A stretch of DNA of 64,000 nt from an uncultured Bacteroidales bacterium (lineage in GTDB: Bacteria; Bacteroidota; Bacteroidia; Bacteroidales; VadinHA17), in assembly GCA_963772705.1 (NCBI GenBank), contig CAVYYH010000005.1:75733-139732 (forward strand), given 5' to 3'. Below the pieces are notes generated by a model. The model was not told the DNA's origin. It saw only the letters and a list, made by a program, of their open reading frames with translations, and ran no database searches. This document shows, one piece after another, positions 21,618 to 31,115 of the stretch. Both the position numbers and the translations under genes were made by a program. How positions within the stretch are numbered: the first letter of the stretch is position 1; the number at the start of each line of letters is the position of its first letter.

Positions 21618-24260
21618 ATGAAAATCCGGGGGCGGAGTCTTTCAGAGGAAGCGAAGTATCGGTCGCTGTTTGAAAACGTCAGGGAGGGTATATACCAGAG
21701 CACCCCTGACGGTAAGATCATAACAGCCAATCCTGCCCTGGTCCGGATGCTGGGCTACGAGAGCGAAGAGGAGCTCATGAGCCTCCATATTGCACGCGAC
21801 CTGTATGTCAATCCCGACGATCGCGACAGGCTTCTCAATGAGCTGGTGGAGAGCGATGCCGACGGAGATATTGAGCTCAGGCTGAGACGCAAGGACGGTA
21901 CTGAGATCTTTGTCCTGGAGCACTCTCATCCTGTGCGTGATGACCAGGGAGAGGTGCTCTATTTCGAGGGAGCGCTGACAGATATTACCCGGAGAAAGGC
22001 AGCCGAGACAGCCCTCCGGGAGAGCGAGGCAAAATACCAGACCCTCCTCGAGATGATGCAGGACGGTATCTCGCTGTTCGACGATAAGGGAAAGCTTCTC
22101 TGGTTCAACCAGAGGAAGAGGATAATGCTCGGTTACGAAAGCGACGGGGAGCTTTACGAAAAAAATGCATTTGATCTTATAAGTCCTGAAGATCAGAACG
22201 TGGCCCGTGAAAGCTGGGCAGTGCTGATTGCAAAAGGTTTTGTCACCAATGTTGAGATGCGTGTCCTCAGGAAGGACGGATCATTCTTCTGGGCTGAGTT
22301 TAATACTACAGCCATAAAGAATGATGAAGGACAGCCTGAGTTTTTCATGGACACCATGCGTGACGTCACCGGGAGAAAGAGAGATGCTGACCTGCTACGC
22401 GAGAGCGCCGAAAGCTACAGGGCGCTGTTCAACAGTATTACCAGCGCCATGTATATCCTCAACAGGCAGGGTAAGTTTGTGAATGTCAATGACGGAGCAG
22501 TACTGATGTATGGCTATGACCGCGATTACTTCATTGGCAAGACCCCTGAGTTCCTGGGTGCACCGGGAAGAAACGACCTGAAGGAGGTCATGAGAATGAT
22601 CGCGGGGGCTTTCTCGGGTACACCGCAGCGATTTGAATTCTGGGGACTGAGGAAGAACGGAGAGCAGTTCCCGAAGGAAGTGAGCCTGTTCAAGACCACA
22701 TACTTCGGAGAGGAAGCTATCATTGCCATCGGCGTCGACATCACCGAAAGAAAAAGAGTGGCAGAGGAGCTGCGGATACACAGTGAACACCTGCAGAGAA
22801 TAATCGACCTCGTACCCAGCTATATCTTTGCCAAAGACATTGACGGACGCTTTATCCTTACCAACAAGGCACTGGCCAGTGTCTTCGGGATGGAGCCCTC
22901 TGAGACACAGGGGAAAACCGATGCAGATTACGGTGCCACCCCCGAACAGGTGGAGTGGTACCGCGAGGCTGACATGAAAGTCATCGAGAACGGCAAGCCT
23001 GTAATGATACCTGAGGAGCAGGTATTGCGACAGGACGGCTCCCTGGGATGGTTCCAGACCGTGAAGATACCGTATATCCATCCCGGGTACGAAAAACCTG
23101 CTATACTGGGTGTCGCCACCGATATCACTCTGAGAAAGGAAACTGAGGATGAGCTCCGGAAGAGTGAGGAGAGGTTCAGGAAACTCTTTGAATCACATTC
23201 GGCCATAAAGCTGATAATTAACCCTGCAGACGGATCAGTAGTCGATGCCAACCTCGCAGCTGCCGAGTTCTATGGCTGGCCTGCCGGGACCCTCAGGAAG
23301 ATGAAGATATATGAGATAAGTACCTTGTCTCAGAGCGGGGTTGATGAACTGATGAAGAATGTGGTCGATCAGCGCAGCATAAGGTTCGAGTCAAACCACA
23401 GGCTCGCTGACGGAAGCATACGCGAGGTGGAGGTCTTCTCAAGCAGGGTGGAGATTGACGGCAGGGATCTGTTGCATTCCATTATCCATGACATCACAGA
23501 CAAGAAGAAGATACTGCTTGATCTCATTGCAGCAAAAGAAAAGGCGGAGGAGAGCGACAGGCTTAAGACAGCATTCCTTCATAATATCTCGCACGAGATC
23601 AGAACCCCCCTGAATGCTATAGTTGGCTTTACCGGCCTTCTCGATGCCCAGGGCCTGTCAGACGATACCCGAAGGCATTATATTGACATGGTCAGCCAGA
23701 GCAGCAGCCAGCTGCTGTCTATAATTTCAGACATCGTGGAGATCTCCAATATCGAGACAGGGCAGGCCAGGATCTCTGTGACAGAAACAAATGTCAACAG
23801 GATACTCATAAGTGCCTATGATCTCTTCTCCATGCAGGCCGGACAGAAAAAGCTAAGGCTCTCCTACAGCAAGAACCTCTCTGACCACAGAGCGGTAATA
23901 ATGACTGACGGAACAAAACTCCTCCAGGTACTTTCAAACCTCATCAGCAATGCCATAAAATTTACTGCTGCAGGCTCCGTCTCATTCGGATACACACTCA
24001 AAGGAAGTGACATGGAGTTCTTCGTGTCCGACACAGGGATCGGCATTCCCGATGACCATAAGACAAAGGTTTTCGAACGATTCTACCAGATTGAAGACCC
24101 TAAATGCACAAAGACGACAGGGACAGGACTGGGCCTCACCATCGCAAGGGCATTTGTTGAACTGCTCGGCGGAACCATCAGGCTTGACTCCGCCCCGGGA
24201 CAGGGCAGCACATTTTACTTTACCGTCCCCTACACAGAGTCTTCAGCCAGTACCGCATAG
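21618..24260 (+). CDS. Cytoplasmic multi-PAS sensor histidine kinase
   Basis: About five PAS/PAC repeats (each ending DIT/DVT), H-box FLHNISHEIRTPLN, NAIKFT, DTGIGI, GTGLGL; no transmembrane or receiver domain. Confidence 0.92.
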   Translation: MKIRGRSLSEEAKYRSLFENVREGIYQSTPDGKIITANPALVRMLGYESEEELMSLHIARDLYVNPDDRDRLLNELVESDADGDIELRLRRKDGTEIFVLEHSHPVRDDQGEVLYFEGALTDITRRKAAETALRESEAKYQTLLEMMQDGISLFDDKGKLLWFNQRKRIMLGYESDGELYEKNAFDLISPEDQNVARESWAVLIAKGFVTNVEMRVLRKDGSFFWAEFNTTAIKNDEGQPEFFMDTMRDVTGRKRDADLLRESAESYRALFNSITSAMYILNRQGKFVNVNDGAVLMYGYDRDYFIGKTPEFLGAPGRNDLKEVMRMIAGAFSGTPQRFEFWGLRKNGEQFPKEVSLFKTTYFGEEAIIAIGVDITERKRVAEELRIHSEHLQRIIDLVPSYIFAKDIDGRFILTNKALASVFGMEPSETQGKTDADYGATPEQVEWYREADMKVIENGKPVMIPEEQVLRQDGSLGWFQTVKIPYIHPGYEKPAILGVATDITLRKETEDELRKSEERFRKLFESHSAIKLIINPADGSVVDANLAAAEFYGWPAGTLRKMKIYEISTLSQSGVDELMKNVVDQRSIRFESNHRLADGSIREVEVFSSRVEIDGRDLLHSIIHDITDKKKILLDLIAAKEKAEESDRLKTAFLHNISHEIRTPLNAIVGFTGLLDAQGLSDDTRRHYIDMVSQSSSQLLSIISDIVEISNIETGQARISVTETNVNRILISAYDLFSMQAGQKKLRLSYSKNLSDHRAVIMTDGTKLLQVLSNLISNAIKFTAAGSVSFGYTLKGSDMEFFVSDTGIGIPDDHKTKVFERFYQIEDPKCTKTTGTGLGLTIARAFVELLGGTIRLDSAPGQGSTFYFTVPYTESSASTA

Positions 24261-24381
24261 TTTGACGATAAGGGATAGGCCGCGGGCAAGAGCAATGAAG
24301 CCTGAAAGAGCTGCATTTTGCATGTTGGCCAGCGTTTTCTTGCAGTCAGTAATTTGCACGGACTTTTTATAATTTTGAACT

Positions 24382-25824
24382 GTGAAGAGGAAATTCCTGG
24401 TAAATATTATTTTTCTGATCTCTGTAAGCGTACTGGTAAAGGCCTTCTGGGTTCTGGCTGTTGACCGTACCGTGCAGAATGTGGCAGGTGAAGAGGCTTA
24501 TGGATTCTATTTTTCGCTATTCAGCTTCTCTGTTCTCTTTACTCTGCTGCTTGACATGGGGCTGTCAGGGTTTAACAACAGGGCTGTTTCAGCCGATCCC
24601 GGGAGGGTAAAACTCTATTTTGGCAACGTCCTCCTGCTTAGGCTGGTCCTCACGGCAGCATACTTTGCAGTCACACTGGCTGTGGCATGGGCTATGGGCT
24701 ATTCGCCTGACCAGATAGCGATGCTCCTTGTGCTGATGTTTAACCAGGTTATGGCATCGCTTACCCTCTGGCTGAGGTCGAACATAAGCGGCATGCAGTA
24801 CCTGCTGCTCGACAGTATGCTGTCGGTTGCTGACAGGCTGGTTATGATAATCATCTGCTCCCTGCTGCTCTGGGGCGGTATGACTTCCGGACCGTTCAGA
24901 ATAGAATGGTTCGTGTGGTCTCAGACGGTGGCATATTTCACAGTGATGGCTCTCTCGTTCATGATCGTGATACGCAGGGGAGGGGTCTCGGGGGTGAAGC
25001 CTGACGTCAGGGTGCTGAAGAGTATAATTAAATCAGGATTACCGTATGCTGTTGTTGCCTTTGCCATGACACTTTACTGGCGCACTGACACAGTCCTTAT
25101 CGAACGACTGTTGCCTGACGGTGCCAGGGAGGCCGGTAACTATGCACAGGCTTTCAGGCTCTTTGATGCTTTTGCGATGATACCTATAATGTTCGGTGGA
25201 CTCTTGTTGCCGATACTATCCCGGGAGCTGGCCGCAGGGAATGATATCAGGTCTCTTGCTGCCACTGCGGCGAGATCACTGCTGCCTCCGCTGGGCATCG
25301 CTGCCGTGACACTGGCCACCTTCCCGCATGAGATACTTGACCTGCTCTACATCTCCCCGGCGCCCTCTGCCGTCAGCGCTTTCACCCTGCTCATGCTCAC
25401 ACTCGTGCCTGTGGGGGTGACGTTCATCTTCAGCACTATGCTCACAGCGGCCGGACTGATGAAGAGGCTGGGGTTCATCACTCTCGCAGCCATGGTTGTG
25501 AATGTAGTCATGAACATTCTCCTGATACCGGAGTATCATGGTGCCGGGGCAGCACTGTCGGCCCTGGTGACGCAGTTGCTGGTGGCAGCGGCATGTGTCA
25601 TTACGGTGCGAAAAAGTATGTTCAGCATGGTTGTTCCCGTGAAAGCACTGCTCTTCCTGGCGATGCTGGTCGTTACATTCGCTGCCGGGCAATTAATGAG
25701 GCATCTGGGTGTGCCGTGGGGGCTCTCAGCGGCACTGCAGCTTATTGCCGGATTCATCTGCGCGCTCCTTTTCAGGATGATTGAGCCTCTCCAAAGCCTT
25801 AAACTCATCCTCGCAAAGAGGTGA
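24382..25824 (+). CDS. Polysaccharide flippase (Wzx/MOP family)
   Basis: About 12-14 TM segments, LDMGLS, LLIPEYHGAGAA motif. Confidence 0.8.
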   Translation: MKRKFLVNIIFLISVSVLVKAFWVLAVDRTVQNVAGEEAYGFYFSLFSFSVLFTLLLDMGLSGFNNRAVSADPGRVKLYFGNVLLLRLVLTAAYFAVTLAVAWAMGYSPDQIAMLLVLMFNQVMASLTLWLRSNISGMQYLLLDSMLSVADRLVMIIICSLLLWGGMTSGPFRIEWFVWSQTVAYFTVMALSFMIVIRRGGVSGVKPDVRVLKSIIKSGLPYAVVAFAMTLYWRTDTVLIERLLPDGAREAGNYAQAFRLFDAFAMIPIMFGGLLLPILSRELAAGNDIRSLAATAARSLLPPLGIAAVTLATFPHEILDLLYISPAPSAVSAFTLLMLTLVPVGVTFIFSTMLTAAGLMKRLGFITLAAMVVNVVMNILLIPEYHGAGAALSALVTQLLVAAACVITVRKSMFSMVVPVKALLFLAMLVVTFAAGQLMRHLGVPWGLSAALQLIAGFICALLFRMIEPLQSLKLILAKR

Positions 25825-25873
25825 TTATGTTTAAAAAGTATTATTTTTGGCACTGATTATACTGAAGTCTGAA

Positions 25874-26393
25874 ATGAAAGGAATTGTTACAGGTGTTATT
25901 CTGGCAGTGACTTGTTCGCTCTCCTTTTCACAGAAGGCTTATGAGCTGTCTCACCAGGTCCTGGTGCCGGCAGCAGGACTGATAACGGCAGGAGGCATAT
26001 CATATCAGCAGACAGTTGGTGAGACTGCAGTCGAAGTCACAGTTCCGGCAATTTATGTTCTGACACAGGGTTTCCAGCAGCCGCGCTTTATCCCGAAGAT
26101 TGTCCTTCCTCCAAGAGAAGGTAATGGGGTGGATTTCTTTCCTAATCCGGTTAACCGAAAGGGCCAATCACATTTTTAATATCAGGCTTTATGGCGTACT
26201 CGGGAGACATTATGATATAATCATTGTTAACCTGCCTGGGTCGGTTCTCTACCGCACAAGCCTCGAGCTTTCAGCTGATCATGACTATATTCACCAGGTG
26301 AACATCCAGAATTACGCTAACGGTATCTACATAGTCAGGGTCACCAGCTCCGATGAAGTTATTGACAGATCGTTTAAAATTGAGAAACTGTAA
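25874..26393 (+). CDS. Small T9SS type A sorting-domain protein (indel near 26153)
   Basis: Signal peptide; QTVGE..LTQGFQQ domain; CTD motifs FPNPV, GIYIVRV and FKIEK spread across ORFs 25847 and 26100. Confidence 0.75.
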
Positions 26394-26403
26394 AGTAAAA
26401 GAG

Positions 26404-27343
26404 ATGAAAAGAATTATTTCTTGTGGATTGGCAGCAGTGGTGCTATTCTTTGCAGCAGAGAAGACAGGCTGGTGTCAGGGGACTGTTCCTGGCGGGATAA
26501 ATTATCAGGCTGTTGCCCGTGATAATGTAGGAAAGGAACTGGTCAATACCGATATAGAGGTCAGGTTCACCATCAAAAGTGGTTCTCCCACAGGCACAAT
26601 AGTGTACCAGGAAGTATTTACAGATGTAACTACCACAAAGTATGGGGTTTTTTCTCTCACAATCGGTAAGGGCGATCCCGTTACAGGAACTTTCAATGGA
26701 ATAGACTGGTCATCCTTTAACCACTATTTGCAGGTAGAGGTGAAGTTCGAGAACCTGTTCATGGACATGGGTACAATGCAGTTTATGGCCGTCCCTTACG
26801 CGCTCTATGCATGGAAATCGCTTGAACCTGGACCCCAGGGACCTCCCGGACCCCAGGGTATTCCGGGTGACCCTGCATCAGATGATCAGAAACTGTCTTA
26901 TAATCGAGGTACAAAAGTACTTTCATTGGATAACGGAGGCAGCGTGCGTCTTGATTCAATTGTTGCCTTCAGAGCGAGGAACCTTATTTCTGATATTGCA
27001 GCACAAATATCATACAGTTACTATGACTTATGACACGCCTGACCTGAGTATAGGGGGAGGATTTGACGCCGGCACAGGGGTCTTCACTGTTCCTGAAGAT
27101 GGAATTTATACTTTCAATGTTACATATTATGCTGATGGGTCAGGTGGTTCAAGAGAAGTATCTATATATGTCAATTCTGCTCCATACGAGAAAATTGCAA
27201 TTGATATCGGTTCCGCCACAACTATTACAGTGAGATCTGTCACCATCAAACTTAGTAAGGGGAATACAGTAACTCTCGTTGTATATACAGGAACGGCTAC
27301 TCAGACCGGCACAGGATCATTTGCCGGATACAAGGTGAATTGA
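26404..27343 (+). CDS. Exported collagen-linker plus C1q-like domain protein (indel near 27018)
   Basis: GINYQAVARD N-domain, AVPYALYA, GPQGPPGPQGIPGDP, then C1q-like VAFRA..FDAGTGVFTVPEDGIYTF..LSKGNTV..SFAGYKV. Confidence 0.72.
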
Positions 27344-27359
27344 TTCGCATATCGTAAAT

Positions 27360-27479
27360 GATCCCGGAGGGATCACAGCTTTGTAACACAAACGGCCAAT
27401 AATCGAATCTTCGACCCCTCCGGGGTCGTACAATTCTTAAATGACCTCAGGTCTACAAACAGGCGATCGCTACGCGATC
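27360..27479. repeat. 120-bp palindromic REP/REPIN-like element, copy 1
   Basis: Three hairpins GATCCC-GGA-GGGATC, CGACCCC-TCC-GGGGTCG and GATCGC-TAC-GCGATC; 7 mismatches to copy 2. Confidence 0.9.
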
Positions 27480-27480
27480 A

Positions 27481-27563
27481 ATTCACAAATCGCAAATCAC
27501 ACATCGCAATTCGCAAATCGCAAATCGCAAATCGCCCATCGCCCATCGCCCATTCTCCTCGCC
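27481..27563. repeat. Heptamer array (ATCGCAA / ATCGCCC)
   Basis: About 10 degenerate units ending in ATTCTCCTCGCCC. Confidence 0.85.
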
Positions 27564-27600
27564 CTGTCACCGGACCCTATTAAGATTCTGAAAATCGATG

Positions 27601-27790
27601 TCCTGTACCTACGGCACAGGGAGGGTAATTGTTTGCTGCCAGTTTACCAACCTCATGTGCCTCTGGCACACGGTAACTCCCCGCAGGAGTACAGGGCCAT
27701 GCGCCGGCGGCGCATAACTCTTCCCGTCAGGGAAGAAGGGTTGGTAACAACGTCACACTCCCCAAATATACAAGTCCCGCAGGGACGACA
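27601..27790. repeat. REP-like hairpin cluster (second sequence type)
   Basis: Hairpins CCTGTACC-TAC-GGCACAGG, TGTGCC-TCT-GGCACA, ATGCGCC-GGC-GGCGCAT, TTCCC-GTCA-GGGAA and GTCCC-GCA-GGGAC, with opposed TTACCAA / TTGGTAA motifs. Confidence 0.7.
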
Positions 27791-27796
27791 CATCCT

Positions 27797-27916
27797 GATC
27801 CCGGAGGGATCACAGCTCTGTAACACGAACGGCCAATAATAGAATCTTCGACCCCTCCGGGGTCGCACAATTCTTAAATGACATCAGATCTACAAACAGG
27901 TGATCGCTACGCGATC
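27797..27916. repeat. 120-bp palindromic REP/REPIN-like element, copy 2
   Basis: Direct repeat of 27360-27479 (113/120 identical by manual alignment). Confidence 0.9.
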
Positions 27917-27995
27917 GATTCCTGCTAATTCGCCACATCCGCAAATCTGCGATCGCACTTCGCATCGACTCTGTGTCTCCATTGCTCATCCTGCA

Positions 27996-28030
27996 TTCGC
28001 AAATCGCAAATCGCAAATCGCACATTCTCC
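27996..28030. repeat. Heptamer array (TCGCAAA)
   Basis: ttcgcaa atcgcaa atcgcaa atcgcac attctcc. Confidence 0.8.
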
Positions 28031-28052
28031 CAGCATCTTCACCCCGTTTTAT

Positions 28053-28060
28053 TATCTTTG
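28053..28060 (+). promoter_or_regulatory. Bacteroidota -7 promoter element (TATCTTTG) for prfB
   Basis: TAnnTTTG 17 nt upstream of ATG 28078. Confidence 0.6.
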
Positions 28061-28077
28061 CCCGAAATTACAGACCA

Positions 28078-29170
28078 ATGATAACCAATGACCAGATAAA
28101 AGACCTCACGGGACGCAGGGACGCGTTAAGGAGGTATCTTTGACGTTGACGGCAAACTGAAACTCATACAGGAGAAGGAGGAGATCACAAAAGACCCCGG
28201 CTTCTGGAACGATCCCAAAAAAGCCGAGGAGCTGATGAAGGAGATATCCTCCGTCAAAAGCTGGACCAACGCATTCGCATCCGTCGACACCGCCGTGGAG
28301 GACCTTCTCGTCCTGAACGATTTCTACAGGGAGGGAGAGGTGACCGACACCGAGCTGGGCCAGCATTACGACAAGACACTGGCCGCCGTCGAGAAGCTCG
28401 AGCTGCGTAACATGCTCCGGAAAGAGGAGGATCAGCTCGGCGCCGTCCTGAAGATCAACGCCGGCGCCGGCGGCACCGAGAGCAACGACTGGGCACAGAT
28501 GCTCATGCGCATGTACCTCATGTGGGGTGAGAAAAGCGGATACAAAATCATTGAAGCATATTACCAGCCCGGCGATGAGGCCGGCATCAAAACAGTCACG
28601 CTCGAGTTCGAGGGAGAGAATGCCTACGGTTACCTCAAGAGCGAGAACGGTGTGCACCGCCTGGTGCGCATCTCACCCTTCAACGCACAGGGCAAGAGAC
28701 AGACGACATTCGCATCGGTATACGTCGCCCCTCTGGTAGATGATAACATTGAAGTGGCTATCAACCCGGCTGACATAACGTGGGAGACATTCCGCTCTTC
28801 CGGCGCCGGGGGACAGAACGTAAACAAGGTAGAGACGGCTGTGAGACTCCGCCACGCCCCCACGGGACTGGTCATTGAAAACCAGGAGACACGCTCACAG
28901 GGACAGAACAAGGAGAACGCCCTGCGCCTGCTGAGATCACATCTCTATGAGATGGAACTGCGAAAGAGACAGGAGGAGATAGCAAAGATAGAGGGGGCAA
29001 AGAAAAAGATAGAGTGGGGCTCCCAGATACGCTCCTATACCCTCCATCCCTACAAGCTGGTAAAGGACCTGCGCACGGGATACGAGACAGGCAACGCCCA
29101 GGCCGTCCTCGACGGCAATCTTGATGAGTTCATCAAGTCGTTTCTCATGGAGTTTGGCGGAAGCCAGTAG
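28078..29170 (+). CDS. prfB: Peptide chain release factor 2, with programmed +1 frameshift
   Basis: 21-codon first ORF ending AGG AGG TAT CTT TGA C (TGA at 28141); +1 frame has SPF and GGQ motifs. Confidence 0.97.
28129..28144 (+). promoter_or_regulatory. RF2 autoregulatory frameshift site
   Basis: AGGAGG-TAT-CTT-TGA-C canonical prfB signal. Confidence 0.95.
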
Positions 29171-29243
29171 GGCTTCATGACAAAACGCATGGTTTAAGCT
29201 TCGAATAATCTGTTATTTTGCACATTCATGAACATTTCACTTA

Positions 29244-31109
29244 ATGAGCAAGAGAGAGAAGTTGTTTGAAAAGTTTCCCCCTGTATCCACGGAGAAGTGG
29301 ATGGAGAAGATCACCGCTGATCTCAAGGGTGCCGATTTCTCAAAAAAACTGGTCTGGAAAACACGTGAAGGTCTCGAGTTCATGCCATTCTACAGGCAGG
29401 AGGATCTTGAGAAGATCAGGCATGCAGGATCTCTCCCCGGGGACTATCCATGGGTGAGGGGAGCAAGAGTATCCGACAACACCTGGCTGGTGAGACAGGA
29501 TATCACTGTTAAAGACTACAGCGAAGCCAACAGGAAGGCTCTCGACATACTGATGAAGGGGGTCACATCACTGGGCTTTGTCATTGATGACCCGGCAACG
29601 ATAACTGCCGACAACCTGACCCTTCTGCTCAGGGATATCCACTGTGAAAGCGTTGAGATCAACTTCAGCACAACAGGCAAGGCAAGGGAACTGCTTGCAT
29701 TACTTAAGTCTGTAATGTGGGCCAGGAAAACAGATACCAGCAAGGTGAAGGGAAGCATCGCCGCCGACCCTCTCGGAAGGCTTGTTGCAAACGGCAGGCT
29801 GTGCGTCACCGTTGATGAAGGGCTTGAGTACCTCTCTGACCTTGTGAGAGAGTCAGCCACCCTGCCAGGCATCAGGTGCGTTAATCCCTCAGGCATGCTG
29901 TTCAGCAATGCGGGAGCGGGGCCAGTCACGGAGCTGGCATATACACTGTCGCTGGGAAACGAATACATGGCCTCACTGACTGCCAGGGGCATACAGCCTG
30001 ACATGGCAGCCTCGCAGATACGGTTCACCTTTGGCATCGGCCCTGACTTCTTCCCTGAGATAGCGAAGCTGCGCGCCGCCAGAATGCTCTGGGCACTGGT
30101 GGTGAAGGGATACGGACCAAGATCGGAGGCAAACACTCTGATGCACATCCATTCTGTCACCGGCAGGTGGAACAAGACCCTCTATGACCCTTATGTCAAT
30201 ATGCTCCGCACGCAGACAGAGGCTATGTCTGCCGTTTTCGGAGGGGCTGACTCGGTAACCGTTGAACCGTTCGACATCATCTTCAGGGATCCTGATGACT
30301 TTTCTGAGCGCATAGCCCGCAACCAGCAGCTTCTTCTGATGGAGGAGTCACACCTGGGGATGGTCGCAGATCCCGGCGCAGGATCATATTACCTCGAGAA
30401 GCTTACCGCAGAGATAGCCCATGAGGCGTGGAAGCTCTTCATCGAGACGGAAAACGGGGGAGGCTTCCTTGAATCCGTACGAAGAGGCGTTATCCAGAAA
30501 AAGATTAATTCAATATCAGTTTCGAGGAAGAGCGACCTGGAGAAAAGGCGCGAGACACTCCTCGGCACAAACCAGTATCCCAACTTCAGGGAACAGAAGC
30601 CTGCGAAGGCTGACAGTGACAGGCTCTTCCGGCAGGGAGGGTCATCTGAAGGGCTCGAGGTGGAGAGGATCATCCCTTCGAGAGGGGCGGAGGAGTTTGA
30701 AAAGCTCAGGATGGCAACAGAGAGCTCAGGGCGCAGGCCGCTTGCCTTCATGCTTACGATCGGTAACCTGGCGATGCGCAGGGCAAGAGCACAGTTCTCT
30801 TCAAATTTCTTTGCATGTGCAGGGTACGAGGTGAGAGACAACAACGGCTTCGGTACTGCCGCTGAGGGGGTGAAGGCTGCCCTGGAGGCAAAAGCTGATA
30901 TCATTGTCATCTGCAGCTCGGATGATGATTATGCGATAGTGGCACATGACATCTTCACTCTCGCTGCAGGAAGGGCAATAGTCGTTGTTGCCGGTAATCC
31001 GCCCTGCATGGATACGCTTAAGGCTGAGGGGCTGGAGCATTTCATCAGCGTGAAGTCAAACGTCCTTGAGACCCTGAGGATGTTCAACAAATTACTGGGA
31101 ATAAACTGA
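29244..31109 (+). CDS. mutA: Methylmalonyl-CoA mutase small subunit
   Basis: EIAKLRAAR, DPYVNMLRTQTE, RIARNQQ, DPGAGSYY, ICSSDDDY; lacks the DxHxxG B12 motif. Confidence 0.92.
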   Translation: MSKREKLFEKFPPVSTEKWMEKITADLKGADFSKKLVWKTREGLEFMPFYRQEDLEKIRHAGSLPGDYPWVRGARVSDNTWLVRQDITVKDYSEANRKALDILMKGVTSLGFVIDDPATITADNLTLLLRDIHCESVEINFSTTGKARELLALLKSVMWARKTDTSKVKGSIAADPLGRLVANGRLCVTVDEGLEYLSDLVRESATLPGIRCVNPSGMLFSNAGAGPVTELAYTLSLGNEYMASLTARGIQPDMAASQIRFTFGIGPDFFPEIAKLRAARMLWALVVKGYGPRSEANTLMHIHSVTGRWNKTLYDPYVNMLRTQTEAMSAVFGGADSVTVEPFDIIFRDPDDFSERIARNQQLLLMEESHLGMVADPGAGSYYLEKLTAEIAHEAWKLFIETENGGGFLESVRRGVIQKKINSISVSRKSDLEKRRETLLGTNQYPNFREQKPAKADSDRLFRQGGSSEGLEVERIIPSRGAEEFEKLRMATESSGRRPLAFMLTIGNLAMRRARAQFSSNFFACAGYEVRDNNGFGTAAEGVKAALEAKADIIVICSSDDDYAIVAHDIFTLAAGRAIVVVAGNPPCMDTLKAEGLEHFISVKSNVLETLRMFNKLLGIN

Positions 31110-31115
31110 CCGGAG

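Noticed and set aside
1781-27343. Many split genes (GH-like, epimerase, pmbA, tldD, M28, both DUF5916, S46, T9SS, C1q) read as pseudogenes, phase variation or recoding
   Set aside because: Breaks are single-base shifts, often in homopolymers (for example the G run near 19020 and the T run near 14865), catalytic motifs are intact, and I saw no clear in-frame nonsense substitutions. This fits long-read indel error, though read data are needed to confirm.
27344-28050. Possible CRISPR array
   Set aside because: Only two long repeats, no regular 25-45 bp repeat-spacer periodicity, and no cas genes.
27441-28091. ORFs across the repeat cassette
   Set aside because: Repeat-derived low-complexity peptides with no protein-like features.
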